From contig JALOLA010000006.1 of the NCBI GenBank assembly GCA_025456205.1, forward strand, positions 10,713 through 74,712: a stretch of DNA of 64,000 bases, written 5' to 3'. This stretch comes from Acidobacteriota bacterium. GTDB lineage: Bacteria; Acidobacteriota; Aminicenantia; UBA2199. The notes under the pieces were generated by a model. That model was not told the DNA's origin. It saw only the letters and a list, made by a program, of their open reading frames with translations, and searched no databases. Below, one piece after another: positions 1 to 11,719 of this stretch; within the stretch, counting starts at the first letter, position 1; each line of letters starts with the position of its first letter. The translations under genes and the position numbers were made by a program.

Positions 1-2
1 GG

Positions 3-731
3 GCGCTGTCCTATTTCTGCGCCAGGGAGCAGATGGACATCGAGACCCTGGGCGAGAAGACGATCGCCTTCCTGTTCGCCAGGGGCTGGGTGCGCACTGT
101 GCCCGACATCTACAGCTTCGACGTCGAGCGCCTGCATGGCGAAGAGGGCTTCAAGGAAAGAAAGATCGCCCGCATCCGCGCCAGCGTGGAGGCGAGCAGG
201 AAGCAGCCTTTCGCCCGCGTGCTGGCCGCGCTGGGCTTCGAGGGCGTGGCCGCGGCCGTCGTCGCCGCCCTGATCGCCCACGGCTTCGATGACATCGACA
301 AGATCATCGCCGCGGCCGCCAGGAACGACTGGCAGGCCTTCGCCGCCGTCGAGGGCATCGGCGAGGCCACGGCGCGCCAGCTGGTCGGCCATTTCAGCGC
401 TCCTGCCAACCTTGAAACCATCGCCCGTTTGCGCGCGGCCGGACTGCAGTTCCGCGCCGAGGGCGCGGCGCCAGAACGGGTCGACGACTCGCTCGTTGGC
501 CAGGTCTGGGTGATCACCGGCTCCTTCGCGCGCTTCAACCCGCGTTCGCTGGCGGCCGACGAGATCCGCAAGCGCGGCGGCCGGGTCGCGGAAAGCGTCA
601 CGGCGCGCACCACCCACCTGCTGGCCGGCGCCAGCGCCGGCTCCAAGCTGGCCAAGGCCGAAAAGCTCGGCGTCGCCGTCGTCAGCGAGGACGAATTCCT
701 GTCGCTGCTGCGAAAGAACCAGACGAAATAA
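3..731 (+). CDS. ligA: NAD-dependent DNA ligase, C-terminal part (5' truncated by window)
   Basis: HhH repeats (MDIETLGEK, VEGIGE) and C-terminal BRCT domain (VITGSF...GSKLAKAEKLGV); frame is open to the window start. Confidence 0.93.
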   Translation, partial: ALSYFCAREQMDIETLGEKTIAFLFARGWVRTVPDIYSFDVERLHGEEGFKERKIARIRASVEASRKQPFARVLAALGFEGVAAAVVAALIAHGFDDIDKIIAAAARNDWQAFAAVEGIGEATARQLVGHFSAPANLETIARLRAAGLQFRAEGAAPERVDDSLVGQVWVITGSFARFNPRSLAADEIRKRGGRVAESVTARTTHLLAGASAGSKLAKAEKLGVAVVSEDEFLSLLRKNQTK

Positions 732-745
732 ATTTGGAGGAAGCC

Positions 746-1174
746 ATGGATGCACCCGTTTCGGTGACCGTCGACCTGGTGAACGACAAGGTGCGCTTCA
801 ACGGCTCGACCCGCGACCTGCCCGTTGTCAGCGCCGATTATTTCCCCCCGCTGGGCGATGGGCAGGGCTATACCGGCCTGGAGCTGCTGCTGCTGAGCCT
901 GGCCGCCTGCAGCGCCACGGCGATCGTTCCCATGCTGCGGCGCATGAACAAGACCGTCGCCGCTTTCCGTGTCATTGCCTCGGGGCGGCGCCGCACCCAG
1001 CATCCGACCAGCTTCGAAACGATCGCCATCGAGTTCGTGCTGACCTCGCCGGATGCCGCGCTCGCCGACCTGCAGAAGGTAGCGCGCATGGCCGAGGAGA
1101 GCATCTGCCCGGTATGGGCCATGCTCAAGAGCAACGTGGAGATCGTCCCGGCCTTCAAGATCGTCGCCGGCTGA
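746..1174 (+). CDS. OsmC family protein
   Basis: ELLLLSLAACS and CPV cysteine motifs; GGAGG before ATG 746. Confidence 0.85.
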   Translation: MDAPVSVTVDLVNDKVRFNGSTRDLPVVSADYFPPLGDGQGYTGLELLLLSLAACSATAIVPMLRRMNKTVAAFRVIASGRRRTQHPTSFETIAIEFVLTSPDAALADLQKVARMAEESICPVWAMLKSNVEIVPAFKIVAG

Positions 1175-1181
1175 GCCGCGA

Positions 1182-2621
1182 TCAGGAGTTCGGCAGCAGC
1201 GGATAGCCGCCGCCGAAATAGAGGTTGAAGACCAGGCGGAAATTGTTGCGGGGAGACAGCGATGCAACGACCGTTTCCGGGGGTGCCCCCGGGAGATGGA
1301 GGGCGTTGAGCACGCTGAGCTTCTCCGCCGGCGGCACCCGGTTGCCCTGGCGCCGGGAGCCGCGATAGCCATGGTCCGACTGCAGCAGGATCACCGGCGG
1401 CCGTCGCGATCTCTCCAGGATGGCGTCCACGGTTTCCAGCATGCGGCGGTTGACGTACTCGTATTGGGCCAGGTAGCGGCTCGGGTCGGAATGGTCCCAG
1501 ATGAGCCCGGGGTCCGCGCTGCCGCCGTCGGCCGTGAAAACGAATGGCTCGTGCGGTGAAAGGAGGTGGACGAAGACGAACTTGGGGCCCGGTTCCGCCG
1601 CGATGGCGGGTAGCTCCGCGAACACCTGCAGGACGCGCTGCCGGTAGTAGGGGAGCAGGTCGGTCTCGCGCCGCTGCCACATGTCGGGAAGGACGCGCAG
1701 CAGGGAGCGCTCGAACAGCGCCCGGTAGAAATCGTCAAAAAAGATCGATGCCCGGGACAGGTCGTAATGGATGCGCCGGTCGGCCGCCTCCAGGAAAAGG
1801 TGCTCCATGCAGGCGAAATCGACGACGCGGTAGCCCCGGTTTTTCAGCATGGCGACGACCTGGCTGCGGCGGACGGCCTTTGCCGGATCGGCGTTCCCGG
1901 GAAGTCGTCCCAGGTTCAGGATGTCGGCGATGGCCGGCTCGGTCATGGCGAAGCGCGCCCGGCTTTTTTCAGCTACGGCAAAACTACGCCGGCGCAGTCC
2001 GTCGACAAAGGGAACCGGGTCGTAGCCGAACAGGCGCTGAGCCGATGCCGGCGAAGCGTATTCGTCCAGGATGAAGCAATAGATGTCAGGGAGGACTACC
2101 GCCGCAGTCCGGGCCGGCGGGGAAATCGGCTCGCCGCCGCCGGAGGCTGCTGCCAGGGATCCCGCGACATGAGCAATTATACCGGCGGCGTTCCACGCCA
2201 GCAGCGCCAGCACCGCGACGCCCAGGATGCGGTTGGCGGCGGAGAACGACGAGCGGGAGCGGGACAGGGCAACCGCGAGCAGGGTCCAGGCGGCGACGGG
2301 AAAAAACAGAGCGAGCGCGTGGGCTGCGGGCGGCGCGAGGTCCGGGGGCAGCAGGCCGGCGATCTCCCCGTAATAGAGTCCGTAGAAGTGGAACAGCACC
2401 AGGAAGAGAAAAAGGGCCAGCGCCCGTTTTTCAAGTCGGGCGGAAACCAGCCGGGTGAGGGGCCAGGCGGCGAAGCCTATGCCCAGGGCCGCGATCGCCG
2501 CCCAGAGCGCCTGGGCCCATGAGACCTCGCGGATGTTGCGCAGATAGAGATGCAGGACGGGATAGAGGCTGAACAGGAAGGGATAGAGAAGGAGGCGCGG
2601 GCGAACTTCTGCTGCGCTCAC
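1182..2621 (-). CDS. Membrane-anchored sulfatase/alkaline-phosphatase superfamily protein
   Basis: N-terminal TM helices, then PDIYCFILDEY, FVHLLSPHEPF and QSDHG motifs; GTG 2621 overlaps the miaB stop (GTGA), so the ORF-track start at 2786 is unlikely. Confidence 0.7.
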   Translation of the reverse strand: MSAAEVRPRLLLYPFLFSLYPVLHLYLRNIREVSWAQALWAAIAALGIGFAAWPLTRLVSARLEKRALALFLFLVLFHFYGLYYGEIAGLLPPDLAPPAAHALALFFPVAAWTLLAVALSRSRSSFSAANRILGVAVLALLAWNAAGIIAHVAGSLAAASGGGEPISPPARTAAVVLPDIYCFILDEYASPASAQRLFGYDPVPFVDGLRRRSFAVAEKSRARFAMTEPAIADILNLGRLPGNADPAKAVRRSQVVAMLKNRGYRVVDFACMEHLFLEAADRRIHYDLSRASIFFDDFYRALFERSLLRVLPDMWQRRETDLLPYYRQRVLQVFAELPAIAAEPGPKFVFVHLLSPHEPFVFTADGGSADPGLIWDHSDPSRYLAQYEYVNRRMLETVDAILERSRRPPVILLQSDHGYRGSRRQGNRVPPAEKLSVLNALHLPGAPPETVVASLSPRNNFRLVFNLYFGGGYPLLPNS

Positions 2622-3909
2622 GGGGCCGATGGCGGGGTCTCCTCGCCGCGCAGCGAATGGGGGCCGGCGCCGGTGATCCTCACCCGCCTGAACTCGCCGA
2701 CCGCGGCATGCGAAGCGAAGTTGACCACGCGGTAGCTTTCGCTGCGGCCGATCATCTCGCCGGATTTTTTCGGGTGCTCTTCGCATGCCAGCACATCGAT
2801 CTCTTTCCCGAGCAGGCGGCGGTTGTTCTTCAGCTGGATGGCGGCCTGCAGCTCCTGGAGCGCGTACAGCCGCTCCCTGACCCGCTGCGCGGGAGCGCCG
2901 GCGGCCAGGGCGGCAGCCTTGGTATGCGGCCGCGGCGAATAGATGAAGGAAAAGACCGACTCGTATTCCACCTCCCTCAGCAGGGAGAGGGTGAGCTGGA
3001 AGTCGCGCTCGCTCTCGCCGGGGAAGCCGACGATGAAATCGGAGCTGAATTTCATTTCGGGCATGGCGCGGCGAAAGGCGCGCACGATCGCCAGGTATTG
3101 GGCGCGGGTATAGACGCGGTTCATCAATTTCAGGACGCGCGTCGACCCCGACTGGGCCGGGAAGTGGATGTGGCGGGCGATGTTGCGGTTCCCGGCCATG
3201 ACCTGCACCAGCTCCGGCTCGTGATAGCCGGGGTAGGAGGTGATGAAGCGGATCCAGGGCAGCGGCAGGCGGGCGAGGCGGCGCAGCAGCTCGGGGAAGC
3301 CCGCGCGCCCTCCCGGATCGCGCCAGTGGTTGACGTTCTGGCCCAGCAGCACGATCTCCTTGAAGCCGCTGGCCGCGAGGGTTTCGGCCTCGCGCACGAT
3401 GGCGGCCATGGGGCGGTGCTTCTCGCGGCCGCGGGTGAAGGGGACGATGCAGTAGGAGCAGAAATTGTCGCAGCCCTCCATGATCGAGACATAGCCGGTG
3501 ACGGCGCTGCTGCGGGCGCGGGCGGCGGGGACCAGCTCCTGCCAGCGGCGGCTGAAGCCCGCGGCGACCGCGGGGCGGCCGCCAGCCTGCAGTTCGTCGA
3601 TGATGTCGCCGATGCGGTAGAACTGGTGGGTGCCGACCACATAGTCCACCCTGGCCTTTCTGGCGAAAAGGGCCTCCCTTTCGGACTGGGCCACGCAGCC
3701 GGCGATGATGATCTTTCTGGAGGCCGGGAAGCGGCCTACATAGGAGAAGATCTTTTCCTGCGGCTTGGCGCGCACGGCGCAGCTGTTGACGATGATAACG
3801 TCGGCCTGTTCTTCGGCGGCCGTGCTCATGCCCCTGGCTTCCAGCAGGTGGCGGATCTTCTCCGAGTCGTTGACGTTCATCTGGCAGCCGAAGGTCTTGA
3901 TGAAAAAAG

Positions 3910-3913
<4 letters not shown>
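2618..3913 (-). CDS. miaB: tRNA-2-methylthio-N6-dimethylallyladenosine synthase
   Basis: TFGCQMN, NSCAVR, GCVAQ, radical SAM CDNFCSYC, DFIVGFPGE, C-terminal TRAM domain. Confidence 0.95.
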
Positions 3914-5532
<1,619 letters not shown>

Positions 5533-5595
5533 CGCATCACGATATCCGCGAAAGCCGCCGCGCCGTTGCCATCATCCGTTCTCCTTGCCTTGAAA

Positions 5596-5624
5596 AATAT
5601 ACGTGAAACGGCGGGGGAAGTCAA
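5596..5624 (-). promoter_or_regulatory. sigma70-type promoter for recN-miaB
   Basis: TTGACT-N17-TATATT on the minus strand. Confidence 0.6.
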
Positions 5625-5661
5625 ATGACGCGCATGGGCGAAACATGCTATACTGGCGGGG

Positions 5662-7494
5662 ATGGGCAAGCTAAACCTGCGCGCGCTCCTTTCGGCCTCG
5701 GCCGTGATCCTCACCCTGAACCTGCTCTTTTTCAACTACAGCCAGCACGTGATCGTGCCGTTGCTGGCGGCCCTGCTCCTGCTGTACGCCCTCGTCGGCC
5801 TTGGGGATGCCCTGGCCGCGGCGTTCAGGGTGGAAGGGCCGGGTCTTCTGGAAAAGGCGGGTTTGGGGTTGATGGCGGCCAGCGCCTATTTCTTCGTGAT
5901 CGGCTATTTCCGGCTGCTGGGTGGCTGGACCGTCCTCCTGTTCCTGGCCGGCTCCCTGGCCGTCGCCGTCTGGAGGACAGCCCGCCGCCCTCTGGCGGGC
6001 GACGGCTTCGCCGGGCTGAAATCGTTCTTTTCCCGGCCGCTGGGCGAATTCGCCCCGTTCCTCCTGCCCCTGGTCTACGCGGCGCTGCCCCCGACGTTCT
6101 ACGACTCGCTGGTCTACCACCTCGGCATCCCCAACCTCTATCTGCAGAGCGGCGGCTTCGTGGCCATGCCGCAGTTCGTTTTCGCCAATACCTTCATCTA
6201 TTACGAGATCGCGCTCATTCCCGCCGTCTTTCTCGGCGACATGGCGCCGCGGCTGTTCCACTTTTTTCTTGGCACGCTGTTCGTGCTGGCCGTGGCCGAC
6301 GAGGCGGCGGCCTCCTGGGGCGTGCGCCGGAAGCTGAATCTGGTTCTGGCGCTGGTCTCGCTGCCGATGACGCTGTTCCTGCTGGCCACCTGCAAGAACG
6401 ACCTGGCCGGCGCCATGTTCATCTTCCTGGCCCTGCAGCGCTTCCGGCGCGGGGACTGGAAGTTGTCGGCCGCTTTCTGGGGCTTCGCCGTGGGGGTCAA
6501 GATCTTCAACCTGCTGCCGCTGGCAGTCTTCGCGCTGTTCGCCTTCAAGCCCTGGAAAAGGGCCGACCTGCGCAAGCTGGCGCTCACGGCCCTGATCGTG
6601 GTCCTGGCCGTGTCGCCGCTGCTGGTCAAGAACCTGCGCTTCACCGGCAACCCGTTCTTTCCGTTCCTTTACGAGGCTTTCCCTTCCGACCATTGGGACG
6701 GCGATCGCTTCCGTTTCATGCAGGACGACGTGGGGGCGATGGCGCGCGCGCCCGCCGACGCGCTGCGCCTGCCCTACGACCTGTCCTTTTTCAATCACGG
6801 CTACGGCGGGCTGGTGGGGCCCCTGTTCCTGGTGTTCCTGCCTTTCCTGCTGCTGGGTCCGCTCAGGGAGCGGAAGTGGCTTTTCTGGGCGCTGCTGGTC
6901 CTGGCCCTGGCGCCGTTCTTCACGGCCAGCCTGCGCTTCGTCTATGTCGCGTTCGTGGTGCTGGCGATCTTCGCTACGCGGGCATATGAGACGGCGGGCG
7001 GCCGGCTGCTCAAGGCGGTCTTTCACCTGTTGATCGCGATGAATTTCATCATGGGCTTCGCCATGCTTGAAAAATTCTACCAGGCCCATTCCCTGCTGGG
7101 CGGCACGTATTCGCCCGAGCAGTACCGCGAGCGCTTCTTTCCCGCCTACCCGGCGATCGCCTACGTCAACCGGGCGGCGCCGCCCGGGGCGCAGGTGCTG
7201 GTCGTCGGCGAGACCCGCAACTTTTTCCTGAAAAGGCCCTACCGGCTCTCCTCGGCCCTGGATCACTGCATCGTGAAGAAATACCTGGGCGAAGGCCGCG
7301 GCGCGCCTGAATTCTTCGCCGCCATCCGGAGCGACGGCTTTTCCTGGCTGCTGGTCAATTTCAGCGAGCTGGAGCGCCTGCAGGCGGAATACGCCATCCT
7401 GACCGCCGCGGAGAAGGAGCGCCTGCTCTACTTCCTGAGCATGCGGGCGCCGGTTTTCCGCCAGGGCGCGACAAGCGTATATCGCCTCGACTGA
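5662..7494 (+). CDS. Polytopic membrane protein, probable GT-C (ArnT/PMT-like) glycosyltransferase
   Basis: Many TM helices; FYDSLVYHLGIP loop motif; TGNPFFP motif. Confidence 0.6.
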   Translation: MGKLNLRALLSASAVILTLNLLFFNYSQHVIVPLLAALLLLYALVGLGDALAAAFRVEGPGLLEKAGLGLMAASAYFFVIGYFRLLGGWTVLLFLAGSLAVAVWRTARRPLAGDGFAGLKSFFSRPLGEFAPFLLPLVYAALPPTFYDSLVYHLGIPNLYLQSGGFVAMPQFVFANTFIYYEIALIPAVFLGDMAPRLFHFFLGTLFVLAVADEAAASWGVRRKLNLVLALVSLPMTLFLLATCKNDLAGAMFIFLALQRFRRGDWKLSAAFWGFAVGVKIFNLLPLAVFALFAFKPWKRADLRKLALTALIVVLAVSPLLVKNLRFTGNPFFPFLYEAFPSDHWDGDRFRFMQDDVGAMARAPADALRLPYDLSFFNHGYGGLVGPLFLVFLPFLLLGPLRERKWLFWALLVLALAPFFTASLRFVYVAFVVLAIFATRAYETAGGRLLKAVFHLLIAMNFIMGFAMLEKFYQAHSLLGGTYSPEQYRERFFPAYPAIAYVNRAAPPGAQVLVVGETRNFFLKRPYRLSSALDHCIVKKYLGEGRGAPEFFAAIRSDGFSWLLVNFSELERLQAEYAILTAAEKERLLYFLSMRAPVFRQGATSVYRLD

Positions 7495-7533
7495 AGCTCC
7501 GCCGGCAGCGCTGAAAGGGAGGCGATGAAAGGA

Positions 7534-8250
7534 TCAGCCGGCGACGGCGACGGCGATCAGGCTCTGGCCGAGCGGCGGCCGCAACAGGCGTGACTCGAGC
7601 GCGTGCTGCAGCGGGAAAACAAAGCGGTCGAAGAAGCGCACGGCCACCGGGTCGAGGCCATGGCGGCGCAGCAGGCGGAAATTCCACCACCAGGCGAAAT
7701 AGCCGGCCAGGTTGAAATAGGACAGGCGCTCCACGCGGAAGCCGGCCCCCTCGAGCTTGGCCCGCAGCTCGCCGCGGCGGTAGCGGCGACAATGGCCGAA
7801 ATCGCGGTCGATCGTCCCGAAGATCTCCGGCCGCGCCGGGACGAAGAGGCAAAGCGCCCCATGGCGCCCGGCCAGGCGGGCGCGGTAGGCGGCCAGTTCC
7901 TGCCCGTCCCCGGGGATATGCTCCAGGACGTTGACGCTGAGGATGGCGTCGAACGGCCGGTCCGCGGGAACGGACGTGATCGTGCCCTGGATGAGCTCGA
8001 GGCGCGGGAACAACCCGCGCAGGCGCTCGGCGAAGCGCGGGTCGGGCTCCAGGGCGACGAGGCCCGTGATGCCGGGCTGGCGCAGGAGGAGGGCGGTGAA
8101 CTGGCCGGCGCCGGCGCCGGCCTCCAGGACGCTGCCGCGCAGCCGGGAGCGGAACTCGGCGAGCACGGCAGCGCGATAGTGGACGGCGCTCTGCAGCGCG
8201 GCGAATTCGAAGTCCGCCGCGCGGGCCGGCTGGCTGGGCGGGGCGCTCAT
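7534..8250 (-). CDS. Class I SAM-dependent methyltransferase
   Basis: VLEAGAGAG, NVLEHI, DRDFGHCRRY; ATG 8250 overlaps the upstream stop (ATGA). Confidence 0.85.
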   Translation of the reverse strand: MSAPPSQPARAADFEFAALQSAVHYRAAVLAEFRSRLRGSVLEAGAGAGQFTALLLRQPGITGLVALEPDPRFAERLRGLFPRLELIQGTITSVPADRPFDAILSVNVLEHIPGDGQELAAYRARLAGRHGALCLFVPARPEIFGTIDRDFGHCRRYRRGELRAKLEGAGFRVERLSYFNLAGYFAWWWNFRLLRRHGLDPVAVRFFDRFVFPLQHALESRLLRPPLGQSLIAVAVAG

Positions 8251-8981
8251 CGCCGCTTGAGAAAATTGTACTTGACGATGCACCAGACGGCGCGCACGCC
8301 GTCCTTCCAGCCGATCTTCTTGCCTTCGGCGTAGGTGCGCCCGTAATAGGAGACGGGCACCTCGTAGATGCGCACGCCGAGCCGGGCGACCTTGGCCGTG
8401 ACCTCGGGCTCGAAGCCGAAGCGGTCCTCGCGCAGATCGATCTTCTGGATCACCTCGCGGCGGAAGATCTTGTAGCACGTCTCCAGGTCGGTGAGGTTGA
8501 TGTTGGTGGCCATGTTCGACAGCGAGGTCAGGAACCTGTTGCCCACGGCGTGCCAGTAATAAAGCACCCTCTGGGCGTAGGCGCCCTTGAATCGCGAGCC
8601 GAAGACCACGTCGGCGCGCCCGGCGAGCAGCGGGGCCAGGAGCAAATAATACTCGGCCGGGTCATATTCCAGGTCGGCGTCCTGAACGATGACATAGGGA
8701 GCGGTGGCCTGCCTGAACCCAAGGCGCAGGGCCGCCCCCTTGCCCCGATTGGCTTCCTGCAGGAACAGGCGGATGCGCGGCTCCTTGCGCGCCAGGCGCT
8801 CCAGGATCCCGCGCGTGCCGTCCCCGGAGCCGTCGTCGACGATGATCAGCTCCTGCACGGGCCGCTGCGCCAGCACGGCGGCGACCGACTGCTCCACGGT
8901 GGCGGCCTCGTTGAAGACGGGCATCACCACCGAGAGGCAGGGGGCGATGTCGGCGTTCTGGTCAATGCGCTGCATGTTCAT
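8247..8981 (-). CDS. GT2 glycosyltransferase, polyprenol-phosphate (DPM synthase-like) type
   Basis: VMPVFNE, VDDGSGDGT, QDADLEYDP, TDLETCYK, GKKIGWKDG. Confidence 0.9.
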   Translation of the reverse strand: MNMQRIDQNADIAPCLSVVMPVFNEAATVEQSVAAVLAQRPVQELIIVDDGSGDGTRGILERLARKEPRIRLFLQEANRGKGAALRLGFRQATAPYVIVQDADLEYDPAEYYLLLAPLLAGRADVVFGSRFKGAYAQRVLYYWHAVGNRFLTSLSNMATNINLTDLETCYKIFRREVIQKIDLREDRFGFEPEVTAKVARLGVRIYEVPVSYYGRTYAEGKKIGWKDGVRAVWCIVKYNFLKRR

Positions 8982-9075
8982 GCGGATTGTAAAGGGCTGG
9001 GCGGGAAAACACAAGCCCGGCGCATCCAGGCTACAAGGAGGCAGGGAAGGATGGCGCCGGCAGGGGGGGGCGACT

Positions 9076-10338
9076 TCAGGGCGCGGGCGTTACTGCGGCC
9101 CCTTCCCGGATGGAGCGCAGGACAGCGTCCAGCCGCTCCAGGCTGGAGGGGAAGGAATAGTTCCGGATCGCTTCGGGCGCCAGGTCGGCTTCACGCAAGC
9201 GCGAGGGATCCTCGATCAGGCGCTCCAGGGCCGCCTGGATCTCCGGGGCCGAGCGCGGCGAGACCACCCAGCCGCAGCGCGTGCCCGCGACGATCTCGGC
9301 GGCGAAGGTGCGCCCGGTGAGGGCCAGGACCGGCCGCCGCGCCTGCAGGTACTCGAAAAGCTTCGTCGTGGCCACGCTGCCGCGCGCCGGCGAAGTGACC
9401 AGCAGCAGCAGGTCGGCCCGGCGCTGGAACGCCAGGGCCCGCAGCCGAGGGACGGCGCCGTGGACCAATGCTACTCCGCGCTTTTCCAGGGCGGCCAGCA
9501 GTTTCTTTTCGCGCCGCGCCAGGTCTCCCAGCAGGTGCAGGCGCAGCGTTCGTTCGAATTGCGGCCGGGCGGCGAGGAGTCCTTCCAGGGCGGCGGCCAG
9601 CGGCGCGATGTCGCAACCGGCATCGGAAAGGGCGAAGCGGCCGGTGTGCACGATATGGAAGCACTCCGGCTCGAGTTCGATCGTCGGCAGGTCTGTTGCG
9701 ACTTCATTGGGATCGAAGCCATTGGCGATGGTCTCCACGCGGGGATGGCCGTAGTTCACGCGGAAGTAGCGGCTGAGCGGCTCGGAGACGGTGACCAGCG
9801 CGGCGGCCTTGGCAACGACGCGGCGCTCGATCCCGGCGTAGGCCCGGCGCACGCAGGCGAAGCGGCGCAGGCGCTTGCTCTCGATGGGTTCGAAGAGCAG
9901 ACCATCGCGGAAATCGGCGAGGAAAGGGATGCCGCTCCGCTCCTGCAGGCGCAGGGCGATCTCCAGGGTCTCCACCGGGGGGTAGGTGGCGATGATCAGG
10001 TCGGGGCGCCAGGCGGCGACGAGCGCTTCGCCGCGGCGGATGGCCGCCCTTTTCCAGAAGCTGAATACCGAGACGCAAATGCCGATACGGTTGAGGATCT
10101 CGACGGCGGCGCGCAGGAACAGCCAGCGCCAGAAATTGCGGCCGCGGCGGTCGCGGGTGTGGCTGGGATCATAGACGGGAAAAACGTCCCCATCCTGCCG
10201 GGGGCGCTTTTGGTAGGTGGCGGCCAGCATCCGCACCTCGTGGCCGAGACGCGGCAGGTATTTCGCCATCCTGGCGGGCCGGTCCCCGCCGCCGCCGTCC
10301 AGCAGCGGGTGATAATAGGTGACGATCAGGATCTTCAT
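9076..10338 (-). CDS. GT4 glycosyltransferase
   Basis: MKILIVTYYHP, ADFRD, TKLFEYL; start taken at ATG 10338. Confidence 0.85.
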   Translation of the reverse strand: MKILIVTYYHPLLDGGGGDRPARMAKYLPRLGHEVRMLAATYQKRPRQDGDVFPVYDPSHTRDRRGRNFWRWLFLRAAVEILNRIGICVSVFSFWKRAAIRRGEALVAAWRPDLIIATYPPVETLEIALRLQERSGIPFLADFRDGLLFEPIESKRLRRFACVRRAYAGIERRVVAKAAALVTVSEPLSRYFRVNYGHPRVETIANGFDPNEVATDLPTIELEPECFHIVHTGRFALSDAGCDIAPLAAALEGLLAARPQFERTLRLHLLGDLARREKKLLAALEKRGVALVHGAVPRLRALAFQRRADLLLLVTSPARGSVATTKLFEYLQARRPVLALTGRTFAAEIVAGTRCGWVVSPRSAPEIQAALERLIEDPSRLREADLAPEAIRNYSFPSSLERLDAVLRSIREGAAVTPAP

Positions 10339-10355
10339 CGTGCGTTCCCGCGCCT

Positions 10356-11486
10356 TCAGCCCCCGGTCAGCTCGCGGGCCAGCGCCAGCAGCCGCTGGCG
10401 GTTCGCCGCGGCCGACAGCTCGCGCGCGGCCAGATGCGACCGGCCCTTGAAATATTCCACCCGCTGCCGGTCCATGCCGGCGAGGGCCGCGGCCAGGGCG
10501 CCCGGGGTGAAGTCGCTCGCGACCACGCCGCAATCCCAGCGGCGGACGATATCGGCCATTTCCGGCGAAGGGCCGCACAGGATGGCCAGGCGCGCCTGGA
10601 TGAACTCGAAGAACTTGTTGGGCAGGACATGGAGCAGGTTGAAGGTGGCCGGCTTGAAATAGCAGATGCCGATGTCATAGCGGTGGATGAAGGGGACGAT
10701 CGCCTCCAGCGGCAGCGGGTCGGGAAAGGAGATGCGCGGGTCATTGCCGGCTCGCTTTTGCAGCCGGCGGAAATAGCGGGGGAAGGTGCGCACCAGGATC
10801 AGGTCGAGGCTGCGGTCGGCCCCGGCGCCGGCCATCAGCCGGATCATGTCCTCCAGGCCGCGGTTGGGGTTGGCATTGCCGTGATGGACGAGGCGGATGC
10901 GCCCGGGGTCGGGCGGCGACGGCGCCAGGTCGCTGAATTCGCAGCTGTTGGTGATCACCTCGACCGGCACGCCGAAATTCTCCCGATAGGCCGCGGCGAT
11001 GCCCGCGGATACGGTGAGCACCTGGTCGCAGCGCGGCAGGTAGGTCCGGCACAGGTAGAGGTTGAAGCCGCCGAACAGGAAATTCCAGCGCCGATCGTTC
11101 TCCCATTGGCTCGGTGCATACTCGTGGGCGTCGAGCATGACCCTGGCGCCGCGGGCGACGCGGAGCGCCAGGGGCAGGGCGATCACGTCGTTGGCGATGA
11201 CCAGGTCGAAGCGACTGCCGGACAGCGCCGCCAGCGGCCGCTCGTAATCGTACAGGCTCCAGTACAGCCGATCGTAGCAACCCAGCTTGTAGGCCGCCGC
11301 GCGCAGCAGCCGGAGCGGAGGGGAATGGCGCCGCCTTTGGATGGGGACGAAGCGCACGCCGGGCAAGCAAGGGTCCCCTGTCCCCAGGGCCGAGACCTCG
11401 TAGTCATCGCTGAGGAAGCGGATCTGGCGGTTGACGCGCGGGTCGCTCTTCAGGTCGGAAAAAGAGATGACCAGTACCCGCTTCAT
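10356..11486 (-). CDS. GT4-like glycosyltransferase (capsule biosynthesis type)
   Basis: SDPRVNRQI, DAHEY, LPNKFFEFIQARL. Confidence 0.85.
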   Translation of the reverse strand: MKRVLVISFSDLKSDPRVNRQIRFLSDDYEVSALGTGDPCLPGVRFVPIQRRRHSPPLRLLRAAAYKLGCYDRLYWSLYDYERPLAALSGSRFDLVIANDVIALPLALRVARGARVMLDAHEYAPSQWENDRRWNFLFGGFNLYLCRTYLPRCDQVLTVSAGIAAAYRENFGVPVEVITNSCEFSDLAPSPPDPGRIRLVHHGNANPNRGLEDMIRLMAGAGADRSLDLILVRTFPRYFRRLQKRAGNDPRISFPDPLPLEAIVPFIHRYDIGICYFKPATFNLLHVLPNKFFEFIQARLAILCGPSPEMADIVRRWDCGVVASDFTPGALAAALAGMDRQRVEYFKGRSHLAARELSAAANRQRLLALARELTGG

Positions 11487-11719
11487 TACCAGGCCTCCTT
11501 GGCCGGCAGGTCGAAGATGCTGTGATGGTTGACGATTTTTGAAGGCTGGTTGGCGTGCTCTGAGATTTCAGGGCTCTGGATCGCCACGAGGTGGATAGGG
11601 GTGACCTCGAGATAGCGTTCCATGGTCCGCGCGATCCTTAAAATGCGGCTTTCGTGAGTGAGATCGGATGGATGGATATGAATGTCCTGGGCGGCGGTTG
11701 GGAATGAGCCATGATTCAT
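11486..11719 (-). pseudogene. Probable internally deleted glycosyltransferase remnant (77 aa)
   Basis: HIHPSDLTHESRILRIA resembles a GT4 N-terminus; the ORF overlaps both neighbours. Confidence 0.45.
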
